DNA of 64,000 nt from the NCBI GenBank assembly GCA_903889815.1, contig CAISYX010000016.1, positions 3,494 through 67,493 on the forward strand, written 5' to 3'. A model generated the notes under the pieces. That model searched no databases. It was not told the origin of the DNA and worked only from the letters and a program-made list of their open reading frames with translations. Both the position numbers and the translations under genes were made by a program. This document shows positions 25,767-34,788 of this stretch, piece after piece (position 1 is the stretch's first letter; every line of letters starts with the position of its first letter). This DNA is from an uncultured Gammaproteobacteria bacterium (GTDB lineage: Bacteria; Pseudomonadota; Gammaproteobacteria; Pseudomonadales; Pseudohongiellaceae).

Positions 25767-26645
25767 TCAGGACTTGTAGGTTCGCAGCGTGCGCAGGCTC
25801 TTGTTCATCCGCTTGAGATGATCCTTCAGCAATGTCTTGCGGGAGCGCGCTACTCCCATGGCCAGCACGTCGATGACCAGAAGGTGCGCAATGCGCGACG
25901 ACACCGGAGTGAACTCGTGCTGGTCCTCCTCGACATTCACATGGATGGCGATGCTGCAAAGCTCACTCAGGGGCGTATTCTGCGGCGCAAGGCCGATGAC
26001 GGTGGCCCCGGCCTCAAGCGCCAGATTGACGCTCTGAAGCAAGGCCTTGGAGCGCCCGGATTGCGAGATGGCCACCACCACATCGTTTTCGCCCAGGGAG
26101 ATGGCCGACATCAGCTGAATGTGAGGGTCGGTATAGGCGGCGGAGGACACCTGCAGACGGAAGAACTTGTGTTGGGCGTCGGCTGCCACCGATCCGGAAG
26201 CACCAAAGCCATAGAACTCCACTCGGCTGGCATGACTGAGCCGCGTGATGGCCAGTTCCAGCACGGCGGGGTCCAGCAGGTCGCGCACCGTCAGCAGCGA
26301 GCCGATCGTCGAGTCGAACACCTTGTTGCAAAGATCTGCTGCCGTATCATTGTCGTCCACAGAGAATTGCGAATACCCGCTGTTTGCCCCCAGATGCTGC
26401 GCCAGCTGCAGTTTGAAAGACTGGAAGCCGTCATAACCCAGCGCCCGGCAGAAACGCAGCACGGTGGGCTCGCTGACTTCAGCACTGGAGGCCACATCGA
26501 CGATGCGCATATTGATCAGTGCAGCGCTGTGGTCAAGGATGTAATCCGCTACCTTGCGCTCGGATTTGCGCAGGTTGTCGCGGTGCTCCCTGATCTTGTT
26601 GATGGGGTTGTGCGGTTCCACGCGGTGTGTTCCTGGTTCACTCAT
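25767..26645 (-). CDS. MurR/RpiR-family transcriptional regulator (HTH + SIS domain)
   Basis: 292 aa. N-terminal HTH_6-type region KSERKVADYILDH...DVASSAEVSEPTVLRFCRALGYDGFQSFK, followed by a SIS domain. Confidence 0.85.
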   Translation of the reverse strand: MSEPGTHRVEPHNPINKIREHRDNLRKSERKVADYILDHSAALINMRIVDVASSAEVSEPTVLRFCRALGYDGFQSFKLQLAQHLGANSGYSQFSVDDNDTAADLCNKVFDSTIGSLLTVRDLLDPAVLELAITRLSHASRVEFYGFGASGSVAADAQHKFFRLQVSSAAYTDPHIQLMSAISLGENDVVVAISQSGRSKALLQSVNLALEAGATVIGLAPQNTPLSELCSIAIHVNVEEDQHEFTPVSSRIAHLLVIDVLAMGVARSRKTLLKDHLKRMNKSLRTLRTYKS

Positions 26646-26909
26646 TGCCGCAATATAGCAGGAAATACAGATATTTAACTACCGCTGGACTGGTCAGGCG
26701 CTTCTTTGTCCGTTACCGCTCGAACGGCTCGGCCGGGCGACTCGGTGTGGAAGTGCTGCAGTTCAATGCGCAGAGCGACATCTTCGCCGAAGCAGCGCAC
26801 TACTTCCTGGCAATTGAACCTGTCACCCCGTGATGCGCGGCGGGTTGCCAAGCCGCGGCCCCATGTCCAGAATGCCGCGAGTCGTTCATCACCGCAGGCG
26901 GGAAAATCC

Positions 26910-28079
26910 TTGGCAGCAGCATTCGAATTCACGTTTCACCCCTGCATTGCCGACATCGACGCGCGGCTCTGGGACACTCTCGCGGCGAACGCCAGTCCGT
27001 TTCTGCGCCATGCCTTTCTAAGCGCTCTGGAAGACACCGGCTGTGCCACGCAGGCCACCGGCTGGGAGCCGCAGCATCTGCTGGTGTTGCAGGAAGGTCA
27101 CCCCGCAGCAGCCCTGCCGCTCTACCTCAAACGGCATTCCTGGGGGGAGTATGTGTTCGACTGGTCCTGGGCCGATGCCTACCGTCAGCATGGCCGGGCC
27201 TACTACCCGAAACTGGTGACATCCGTCCCCTTCACTCCCAGCAGCGGCCCGCGCCTGCTTATGGCCACCGGCGTCGATCACGCCGCGCTGACAGGGGCCA
27301 TTGTCGGCGCCGTGACGGCCAGAGCGAAAGCGCTGGGCGCCAGCAGCTGGCATGTGCTGTTTCCAACCCCGGAGGAACATGCCCTGCTGAGCGAAGCCGG
27401 CCTGCGACCGCGCATCGGCTGCCAGTACCACTGGTACAACCGGGGCTACGCCTGCTTCGAAGACTTCCTGGCCACGTTCAATTCGCGCAAGCGCAAGAAT
27501 CTGCGCAATGAGCGCGATGCCGTGCATGGCGCCGGCATTCATTTCCGGCACCTCAGCGGCCGCGACATCACGCCCACTCTCTGGCAGACCTTCTATGGCT
27601 TCTACCAGAGCACCTATGAAGTACGCGGACAGCAGGGCTATCTGACGCCGGCCTTCTTCGAGCAGCTGGGACGGACCATGCCGGAGAGTCTGCTGCTGGT
27701 GCTGGCGCTGCACGAAGACACGCCCATCGCTGCCGCGCTGAGCCTGCGTGACGACACCACGCTGTATGGCCGTTACTGGGGCAGCCGCGCGGACTATCAG
27801 TTCCTGCATTTCGAGACCTGCTATTACCAGGGCATCGATTACTGCATCACCCACGGACTGCAGCACTTCGACTCCGGCGCCCAGGGCGAGCACAAGATCC
27901 AGCGCGGTTTTGAACCGATCATCACGTATTCGAACCACTGGATTGCCGACCGCCAGTTTGACGCGGCTATTGCTGATTTTCTGGTGCGGGAGGCGGACCA
28001 CATCCGGCAGTATCAGGGCGAGGCGGCAAAGATGCTGCCCTTCAGAATGGCAGACCCGGCGCAGGCACAGGAGCCATGA
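26910..28079 (+). CDS. FemAB-like / DUF482 GNAT-fold protein
   Basis: WDTLAANASPFLRHAFLSALEDTGCATQATGWEPQHL...GEYVFDWSWADAY...RKNLRNER is typical of this family as I remember it. Start set at TTG 26910 (389 aa). The Arg-rich extension back to 26706 is implausible. The start is uncertain. Confidence 0.7.
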   Translation: MAAAFEFTFHPCIADIDARLWDTLAANASPFLRHAFLSALEDTGCATQATGWEPQHLLVLQEGHPAAALPLYLKRHSWGEYVFDWSWADAYRQHGRAYYPKLVTSVPFTPSSGPRLLMATGVDHAALTGAIVGAVTARAKALGASSWHVLFPTPEEHALLSEAGLRPRIGCQYHWYNRGYACFEDFLATFNSRKRKNLRNERDAVHGAGIHFRHLSGRDITPTLWQTFYGFYQSTYEVRGQQGYLTPAFFEQLGRTMPESLLLVLALHEDTPIAAALSLRDDTTLYGRYWGSRADYQFLHFETCYYQGIDYCITHGLQHFDSGAQGEHKIQRGFEPIITYSNHWIADRQFDAAIADFLVREADHIRQYQGEAAKMLPFRMADPAQAQEP

Positions 28080-28219
28080 AATCCACCACCCACGAAGAGT
28101 GCTTTGCCGGCATTCCAGAACCCGCGCACCAGGGGGTATCGGGCCATTTCACTCCTGGCGGCCCTTCGCGGTAGACTGGCGCCCGACGCACTGCCCCAGC
28201 CAATACGGGAGACCCCGCC

Positions 28220-30187
28220 TTGAAAACAAGAACAACAGGCCCGACCACCGCACGGCTGCTGCTTGCTGGCAGTATTTTCAGCATCAGTCTCTTCGCCACT
28301 GCACAGCACGGCGTCACCGATGGCCAGTGGCCCACCTACGGGGGCGACGCCGGCTCCACCAAGTACACCAGCCTCAGCCAGATCAACGCCGACAATTTTG
28401 AACGCCTTGGCATTGCCTGGCGCTGGCAGTCGCTGGATGGGGCGCTGGATCTCACGAACGTGGGCCAGGAGGTCTCGTTCGGGCGCATGCAGGGCACGCC
28501 GCTGATGGTGGATGGCGTGCTGTACATGATCACCTCGCTGAACCAGGTGGCGGCCATTGATGCGGTGACGGGCGCGACGCTCTGGAGTTTCAATCCGCAG
28601 ATCTACTTGAGCGGCGCCCCCGTCGGCGCTCTTGGTTTCCACCAGCGCGGCGTGGCTTACTGGTCCGACGGGCAGAACAAGCGCGTGCTGGTGGCCACAC
28701 AGGATGGCTATCTGTTTTCCCTGAACGCGGAGGACGGTGCCATCGATACGGCCTTCGGGAATGGTCAGGTGGATATGACCGACGGCATTCCCCGCGCGGT
28801 CCGAGGCGAGCTGGACTGGCAGGGCGCGCCGCCTCTGGGCGCAGTGTCGCCGCCGATCGTGGTGGGCGACATTCTGGTGGTCTCGCAGATCACCTCCAAC
28901 CGGCCGCGCTTCAAGGAACGTCCGCCGTTGTGGATTCGCGGCTATGACATCCGTACCGGCGAAGTCGCCTGGACCTTCCACACCATTCCCCTGGAAGGCG
29001 AGTTCGGTAACGACACCTGGGAAGACGACTCCTGGCGCACGGCGGGCAATACCGGCGTGTGGTCCATGATGAGCGCGGACCTCGAGCTGGGCTATGTCTA
29101 CCTGCCGATGGAAGCGGCCACCGACGATTTCTATGGCGGTCACCGGCCCGGCGACAATCTGTTCAGCGAAAGCATCGTGGCGCTGGATGCCCGCACCGGC
29201 GAGCGCGTCTGGCACTACCAGACGGTGCATCACGGCGTCTGGGATCTGGACAACCCGGCGGCGCCCAATCTGCTGGACATCACCGTCGACGGACGCGTCA
29301 TCAAGGCGGTGGCGCAGGTCACCAAGCAGGGCTTCACCTATGTGCTGGACCGGGTGACCGGGGAGCCCGTCTGGCCCATCAACGAAACGCCGGTGCCCCA
29401 GGGCGGCGCATTGCCTGGCGAGCGCTTGTCCCCGACCCAGCCCATTCCCAGCAAGCCGCCTGCCTTCGCGCGGCAGGGCATGGAGCTGGATTTTCTGATC
29501 GACTTCACCCCGGAGCTTCGGGCCGAGGCCGAGGCGATTCTGCAGGAGTACACCTGGGGGCCGCTGTTCACGCCGCCGTCTGAGACCATCCAGGGAGGCA
29601 ATCGCGGCACGCTCATGCTGCCGGGTGCCGGTGGCGGCGCCAACTGGCAGGGGGCCGGTGTGGATCCGCTTAACAACATTCTGTTCGTGCCTTCCACGGA
29701 CAGCCCGAATGCGCCGCTGATGACCACGCTGGACCCGAGCGAATCCAACTTCAACTACGTGCGCCTGTCCAACCAGGCCGTACGCGGGCCCCGCGGGCTG
29801 CCTCTGCTGAAGCCGCCCTATGCCACGATCACCGCGTTCGACATGAACAAGGGCGAGATCCTCTGGCAGGTGGCCAATGGCGATGACTTCGCGGCAGTCA
29901 CCAATCACCCGGACCTCGCCGGCATCGATCTGCCCCCGCTTGGCGGCGGCGGCAAACATGCCGTCCTGGTCACGCCCACGCTGCTGATCCATGCCCAGAC
30001 CACGCTGGAAGGCGCGGTGCTGGTGGCCCGTGACAAGTTGACGGGCGCGCAGCTGAAGACGATTCCCCTGCCGGCCAATGCCGGCGGTGCACCGATGAGC
30101 TATGCGGTGGACGGTCGCCAGTACATCGCCCTGAGCATACTCACCAACCCAGTGCCAGAATTGCTGGTGCTCGCCCTGCCGGAGTAA
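28220..30187 (+). CDS. PQQ-dependent (quinoprotein) dehydrogenase, secreted
   Basis: 655 aa. TTG start with GGGAG 8 nt upstream. Signal peptide ...SLFATAQHG. Quinoprotein N-terminal signature DGQWPTYGGDAGSTKYTSLSQINADNFERLGIAWRW. Repeated beta-propeller W motifs. Confidence 0.85.
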   Translation: MKTRTTGPTTARLLLAGSIFSISLFATAQHGVTDGQWPTYGGDAGSTKYTSLSQINADNFERLGIAWRWQSLDGALDLTNVGQEVSFGRMQGTPLMVDGVLYMITSLNQVAAIDAVTGATLWSFNPQIYLSGAPVGALGFHQRGVAYWSDGQNKRVLVATQDGYLFSLNAEDGAIDTAFGNGQVDMTDGIPRAVRGELDWQGAPPLGAVSPPIVVGDILVVSQITSNRPRFKERPPLWIRGYDIRTGEVAWTFHTIPLEGEFGNDTWEDDSWRTAGNTGVWSMMSADLELGYVYLPMEAATDDFYGGHRPGDNLFSESIVALDARTGERVWHYQTVHHGVWDLDNPAAPNLLDITVDGRVIKAVAQVTKQGFTYVLDRVTGEPVWPINETPVPQGGALPGERLSPTQPIPSKPPAFARQGMELDFLIDFTPELRAEAEAILQEYTWGPLFTPPSETIQGGNRGTLMLPGAGGGANWQGAGVDPLNNILFVPSTDSPNAPLMTTLDPSESNFNYVRLSNQAVRGPRGLPLLKPPYATITAFDMNKGEILWQVANGDDFAAVTNHPDLAGIDLPPLGGGGKHAVLVTPTLLIHAQTTLEGAVLVARDKLTGAQLKTIPLPANAGGAPMSYAVDGRQYIALSILTNPVPELLVLALPE

Positions 30188-30193
30188 GCATTG

Positions 30194-30964
30194 ATGACGA
30201 TTCTGAAAGCCCCGTCCCGCCGTCTGCTTGTATTTGTATGGGCAGTACTCGCCTGCATGCACACGGCTGCCGCCCAGGATTACGTGGAGTGGAGCACCGA
30301 GAACCGCACCTCGCTCAGCTTTCAGGTAAATCAGGCGGGTGTCGTGCCCCTGCTTCCTGCCGGCTGGACACTGGTGCCCGTGGAAGGAGCGCCGGACAGA
30401 GCGGCGGTCTCCATCACCTTCATGGACCGGCATCTGGTGCTGGACGGGCAGGGTCAGGTGCTGCGCACAGGCACCAGCCGCTACATGGTGATGTCGGTGC
30501 AGGCGCGCAACGAGGCCAGCGGACAGGCGGGCACCATGCTCGTCAGCGGCATTTCGCCGGAAGGCCCGGGCGCCTACGAGGTGTATCAGCCGGCGTTGGT
30601 GGCCAGCGTCGACAAGCGCGGCACCGGTGAGGGCGAGGCCAGTGGTGAGACCCAGGAGACCTGGACGATGGAGGCGCAGAGCGGCGACCGTGTGCAGCTG
30701 AGCCTGGCCTACACGGAGGCTGCTCCTGTGCGCCGCGAGTCACGCATTGTGCTGCGCTCGGGCAAGCGGCCGGACTTCACCCGCACCTACCAGATCGACC
30801 AGGCCACCGATGCGCTGGGAAGTCCAGGCGAGCCCGGCAGCCGTATCAGCCAGCTGAGTTTCACGGCCGAGGGGCCGCTGTTTTCGCGCATCTTTGATGG
30901 CACGGAAGTGCTCACGGGGGTCACCGCGATCCCGTGGTACAGCCGGCAGATCTACATTCCCTGA
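30194..30964 (+). CDS. Secreted hypothetical protein (unknown family)
   Basis: 256 aa. ATG 9 nt after GGAG and 7 nt after the PQQ-dehydrogenase stop. Signal peptide LLVFVWAVLACMHTAAAQD. No Cys outside the signal peptide, so it is not a cytochrome. No motif I recognise. Confidence 0.6.
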   Translation: MTILKAPSRRLLVFVWAVLACMHTAAAQDYVEWSTENRTSLSFQVNQAGVVPLLPAGWTLVPVEGAPDRAAVSITFMDRHLVLDGQGQVLRTGTSRYMVMSVQARNEASGQAGTMLVSGISPEGPGAYEVYQPALVASVDKRGTGEGEASGETQETWTMEAQSGDRVQLSLAYTEAAPVRRESRIVLRSGKRPDFTRTYQIDQATDALGSPGEPGSRISQLSFTAEGPLFSRIFDGTEVLTGVTAIPWYSRQIYIP

Positions 30965-30975
30965 GCCACGGCGAG

Positions 30976-31026
30976 AGCACAGTGCTACCATAGCCCTACT
31001 TCATTCCAGACTGCACTGACAGTGCA
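30976..31026. promoter_or_regulatory. Pair of related palindromes upstream of iorA (possible operator or terminator)
   Basis: AGCACaGTGCT (30976..30986) and the perfect 15-mer TGCACTGaCAGTGCA (31012..31026). Both are built on GCAC/GTGC arms and lie 30-80 nt upstream of iorA. Confidence 0.35.
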
Positions 31027-31056
31027 CCCATTGCGATCACTCAAACAGGAGGGCAT

Positions 31057-31533
31057 ATGGCCTACCAACTGACCATCAACGGACAAACCCACGAAGTGGA
31101 CGTGGAAGGGGACATGCCCCTGCTGTGGGTCGTCCGCGATCATCTGAACTTCACCGGCAGCAAATTCGGCTGCGGCGTGGCCCAGTGCGGCGCGTGCACC
31201 ATGCAGATTGACGGCGTGGCCACCCGCACCTGTGTGCTGACCGTGGCCAATGCCGTGGGCCGGAACATCACCACCATCGAAGGGCTGCAGTCGCCCCAGG
31301 CCCGTGCCGTGCAGGCCGCCTGGGTAGAACTGCAGGTGCCCCAGTGCGGCTACTGCCAGTCCGGGCAGGTGATGTCTGCCACGGCCCTGCTGGAGAAGAA
31401 CAGCGCGCCGACCGACGCCGACATCGAAGCCGCCATGGCCGGCAACATCTGCCGCTGTGGCACCTACTCCCGCATCAAGGCCGGCATCCACATGGCCGCC
31501 GCGCAACTGAAGAACACTGGAGGAGCCGCATAA
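31057..31533 (+). CDS. iorA: (2Fe-2S)-binding small subunit of a molybdopterin oxidoreductase (IorA / aldehyde oxidase type)
   Basis: 158 aa. Two [2Fe-2S] cysteine clusters: GCGVAQCGACT and QCGYCQSGQ...CRCGTY. Confidence 0.88.
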   Translation: MAYQLTINGQTHEVDVEGDMPLLWVVRDHLNFTGSKFGCGVAQCGACTMQIDGVATRTCVLTVANAVGRNITTIEGLQSPQARAVQAAWVELQVPQCGYCQSGQVMSATALLEKNSAPTDADIEAAMAGNICRCGTYSRIKAGIHMAAAQLKNTGGAA

Positions 31534-33707
31534 TGAACATCTCCCGATTCCTGAAAACCCAGAACGTTGATCCCAGCCGTCGCAGCTTCCTGAAAGTCTC
31601 TGCCGGCACCACGGCCGGCCTGGTGCTCGGCGTCAACTTTGGCGGCATTGCTGCCCAGGCTCAGAGCGCCGCCGATGCCGCTCTCGAGTTCAATGCCTTC
31701 GTCAGCGTCACTCCTGACAACGTCGTCAAGGTGATGATCAAGCACCTCGAAATGGGACAGGGCGTCTACACCGGCCTGGCCACCTGCATCGCCGACGAGC
31801 TGGATGCCGACTGGGCCCAGGTGGTGTGTGAGCACGCCCCGGTGAACACCGAGAAGTACGCCAATCTCCTGATGGGTCAGCAGGGCACCGGCGGCAGCAC
31901 CGCCATCGCCAACAGCTTCATGCAGATGCGCCAGGCTGGCGCGGCAGCCAAAGCCATGCTGGTGAACGCAGCGGCCGCGCAGTGGAGTGTGCCTGCCAGT
32001 GAGATCCGCGTGTCCCGCGGCGTTGTCACCCACGGCACCCATTCCGCCACCTTTGGCGACCTGGCCACGGCGGCTGCGCAGCAGAGCGCGCCGGACGTCA
32101 CCGCACTGACCTTGAAGACGCCTGATCAGTTCACCCTGATCGGCCGCGATGACACTCAGCGCAAGGACACCGGCAAGCACGACGGCACGGCGATCTACAC
32201 GCAGGACGTCAAGCTGCCTGGCATGCTGACGGCCGTCGTCGTTCACGCCCCCCGCTTCGGTGGCAAGGTGCGATCCTTCGACGCTACTGCCGCACTGGCC
32301 CGTGCTGGGGTGGTCAATGTCTTTGCCATCGACACCGGCGTCGCCGTGGTAGCGCGTGATTACTGGAGCGCGACCAAAGGCCGCGAATTGCTGAAGATCG
32401 AATGGGATGACGCCGCTGCAGAGACCCGCGGAACCACGGACATTCTGGCGCACTATCATGAACTGGTGGAGACCGAAGGCGCGGTGGCCGCCTCCGTTGG
32501 CAATGTCTCAGACACCCTGAGCCAGTCCCGCGACGTGCAGACTCTGGTGTTCGAGTACCCCTACCTGGCCCATGCCCAGATGGAGCCCATGAACTGCGTC
32601 GCCAAAGTGGACGGTGCCGCCGCCGAGATGTGGTACGGCTGCCAGAGCGCCACGGGGGATCAGGCTGCCATTGCCCAGCTGCTGGGCACCGGCATCGAGA
32701 ATGTGAAGATCAATACCGTGTTCGCCGGCGGGGGCTTCGGCCGTCGCGCCAATCCAGCCTCGGACTATGTGCTGGAAGCCGTGCGCGTCGCCCGCGAAGT
32801 GCAGGGCACACCGGTGAAGCTGGTGTGGTCCCGTGAAGACGACATGCGTGCCGGTTACTACCGTCCTGCCTATGTCCACAAGCTGACAGCGGCACTCAAC
32901 GTCAATGGCCGACCCACCGCCATCCAGGTGCGCGTGGCCGGACAGTCCATCATGGCCGGCACACCCCTCGCGGCCATGATGATGGTCAACGGCATCGACA
33001 TTACCTCGGTGGAAGGGCTGTCCGATCTGGCCTACGAGATTCCCGAGCGGCAGGTGGAGCTGCACTCGCCCACCAATGGTGTGCCTGTCCAGTGGTGGCG
33101 CTCCGTGGGCCACACTCACACGGCCTTCAGCAAGGAAGTGTTCATTGATGTGCTGGCCCGCAAGGCTGGCGATGACCCGGTGGCTTTCCGTCTGGGGTTG
33201 CTCAAGAACAATCCCCGAGAAACGGCTGTTCTGCAACTGGCCGCCGAGAAGGCGGGCTGGGGCACGAAGGAACTGCCGGCTGGCTGGGGACGCGGCGTCG
33301 CAGTCCATACCTCCTTCGGGTCCACTGTCGCGGAGATCGTGGATGTGTCCGTGCAGGGCACCAGCTTCAAGGTGGAACGTGTCGTTGCTGCCATTGACTG
33401 CGGCATCGCGGTGAATCCGAACGTGGTGCGAGCTCAGGTCGAGAGCGCCATCGCTTACGGGCTGTCGGCAGCGCTGGGGGATGAGGTCACCATGACCGAC
33501 GGTACAGTGGATCAGGACAACTTCCACACCTACCGCGTACTGCGCATGGATGCCATGCCGGAAGTGGAAGTGCACATCGTGGCGTCCACCAATGCGCCTT
33601 CAGGCGTTGGCGAGCCGGGCACACCGCCCATCGCGCCGGCGGTGGCCAATGCGCTGGCGGCCATCACGGGACAGGTCATTACCCGCCTGCCCCTCAAGCT
33701 GGCTTGA
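31533..33707 (+). CDS. iorB: Molybdopterin-binding large subunit (IorB / aldehyde oxidase type), Tat-exported
   Basis: The ATG overlaps the iorA stop (TAATG). Twin-arginine signal SRRSFLKVSAGTTAGLVLG. 724 aa of xanthine-dehydrogenase-family molybdopterin domains. Confidence 0.85.
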   Translation: MNISRFLKTQNVDPSRRSFLKVSAGTTAGLVLGVNFGGIAAQAQSAADAALEFNAFVSVTPDNVVKVMIKHLEMGQGVYTGLATCIADELDADWAQVVCEHAPVNTEKYANLLMGQQGTGGSTAIANSFMQMRQAGAAAKAMLVNAAAAQWSVPASEIRVSRGVVTHGTHSATFGDLATAAAQQSAPDVTALTLKTPDQFTLIGRDDTQRKDTGKHDGTAIYTQDVKLPGMLTAVVVHAPRFGGKVRSFDATAALARAGVVNVFAIDTGVAVVARDYWSATKGRELLKIEWDDAAAETRGTTDILAHYHELVETEGAVAASVGNVSDTLSQSRDVQTLVFEYPYLAHAQMEPMNCVAKVDGAAAEMWYGCQSATGDQAAIAQLLGTGIENVKINTVFAGGGFGRRANPASDYVLEAVRVAREVQGTPVKLVWSREDDMRAGYYRPAYVHKLTAALNVNGRPTAIQVRVAGQSIMAGTPLAAMMMVNGIDITSVEGLSDLAYEIPERQVELHSPTNGVPVQWWRSVGHTHTAFSKEVFIDVLARKAGDDPVAFRLGLLKNNPRETAVLQLAAEKAGWGTKELPAGWGRGVAVHTSFGSTVAEIVDVSVQGTSFKVERVVAAIDCGIAVNPNVVRAQVESAIAYGLSAALGDEVTMTDGTVDQDNFHTYRVLRMDAMPEVEVHIVASTNAPSGVGEPGTPPIAPAVANALAAITGQVITRLPLKLA

Positions 33708-33724
33708 TACCCGAAGGAGTGCTC

Positions 33725-34507
33725 ATGCACAGGGTCGTCATGATCACCGGGGCGTCGTCTGGTTTCGGCGAGGCGGCTGCCCGGCGCTTTGCGCAGGACG
33801 GCTGCACCCTGATCCTGGCGGCGCGCAGTGTGGACAAGCTGCGGGCCCTGGCCGCTTCGGTGGCGGGGCAGTGCAGTGTCTACGCCGCGGCGCTGGATGT
33901 GACCCGGCAGGACTCCGTGGACGCGTTCTTCGCCGCGCTGCCCGACAGCCATCGTGACATCGACGTGCTGGTCAACAGTGCGGGGCTGGCGCTGGGGCTG
34001 GAGCCCGCCCATCGCGCCGACTTCAGTGACTGGGAAACCATGATCGATACCAATGTCACCGGCCTGCTGCGCGTGACGCGGGCAGTGCTGCCGGGCATGG
34101 TGGAGCGCAACACCGGCCATATCATCAACATCGGCTCCACAGCGGGCAGCTGGCCCTATCCCGGCGGCAATGCCTATGGCGCCACCAAGGCCTTCGTGCA
34201 GAACTTCTCGCGTGCTCTGCGCGCCGACCTGCTGGGCAAGCGGGTGCGCGTCACCAACATCGAGCCAGGCATGTCGGACACCAATTTCTCCACCGTGCGC
34301 TTCAAGGGTGACGCGGCACGGGCAGACAAGGTCTATGAGGGCACCAAACCCCTGAGTGCCGACGATGTCGCGCAGATCATCCACTGGGTGAACTCGGTGC
34401 CGGCCCACGTCAACATCAACACACTCGAAGTCATGCCAACCTGTCAGGCCTGGAGTGCACTGGGCGTCAACCGCAACATGGAGGCGGAGCAATCCGGAAC
34501 ACACTGA
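33725..34507 (+). CDS. ydfG: NADP-dependent 3-hydroxy acid dehydrogenase (SDR), YdfG-like
   Basis: GAAGGAG RBS. VMITGASSGFGEAAARRF...NSAGLALGLEPAH...INIGSTAGSWPYPGGNAYGATKAF...VNINTLEVMP closely parallels E. coli YdfG as I remember it. Confidence 0.88.
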   Translation: MHRVVMITGASSGFGEAAARRFAQDGCTLILAARSVDKLRALAASVAGQCSVYAAALDVTRQDSVDAFFAALPDSHRDIDVLVNSAGLALGLEPAHRADFSDWETMIDTNVTGLLRVTRAVLPGMVERNTGHIINIGSTAGSWPYPGGNAYGATKAFVQNFSRALRADLLGKRVRVTNIEPGMSDTNFSTVRFKGDAARADKVYEGTKPLSADDVAQIIHWVNSVPAHVNINTLEVMPTCQAWSALGVNRNMEAEQSGTH

Positions 34508-34788
34508 TGCACGCCTTGCTTCGCACACTGTTCGCGCCGCTGTTGAACATTCTCGAGAAGGGTGATGAACCCTATGGCTACAAGCCTTCGCACCGCAAGA
34601 TCCTGCTGGCTGTTGGTGCGCTGTTCCTGTTGCTGGCATGTGTATCGCTGTTCTTCGGCATGATTGCGGGGGGTGCCGGTGCTTTTCTGCCCGCCGCCGT
34701 GTTCTTTGTTGTCGGCGTGGTCTGCCTTGTCGTGGGTGCCGTGGGCAGCGAGCGGGCCGTGGCCAAACTGTGGGGCAGCCGGCCATGA
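34507..34788 (+). CDS. Small membrane protein (2 predicted TM helices)
   Basis: 93 aa. The start overlaps the ydfG stop (TGATG). The stop overlaps the next start (ATGA). Two hydrophobic stretches: LLAVGALFLLLACVSLFFGMI and LPAAVFFVVGVVCLVVGAV. Confidence 0.6.
   Translation: MHALLRTLFAPLLNILEKGDEPYGYKPSHRKILLAVGALFLLLACVSLFFGMIAGGAGAFLPAAVFFVVGVVCLVVGAVGSERAVAKLWGSRP

Noticed and set aside
27018-28001. 327-aa minus-strand ORF
   Set aside because: It is antisense to the DUF482/FemAB-like gene. It has no motifs and shadow composition.
28013-30433. 806-aa minus-strand ORF, the longest in the track for this area
   Set aside because: It is antisense to the well-supported PQQ dehydrogenase and the following secreted protein. 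It is Arg/Gly/His/Gln-rich with no recognisable motifs. This is a typical shadow ORF of GC-rich DNA.
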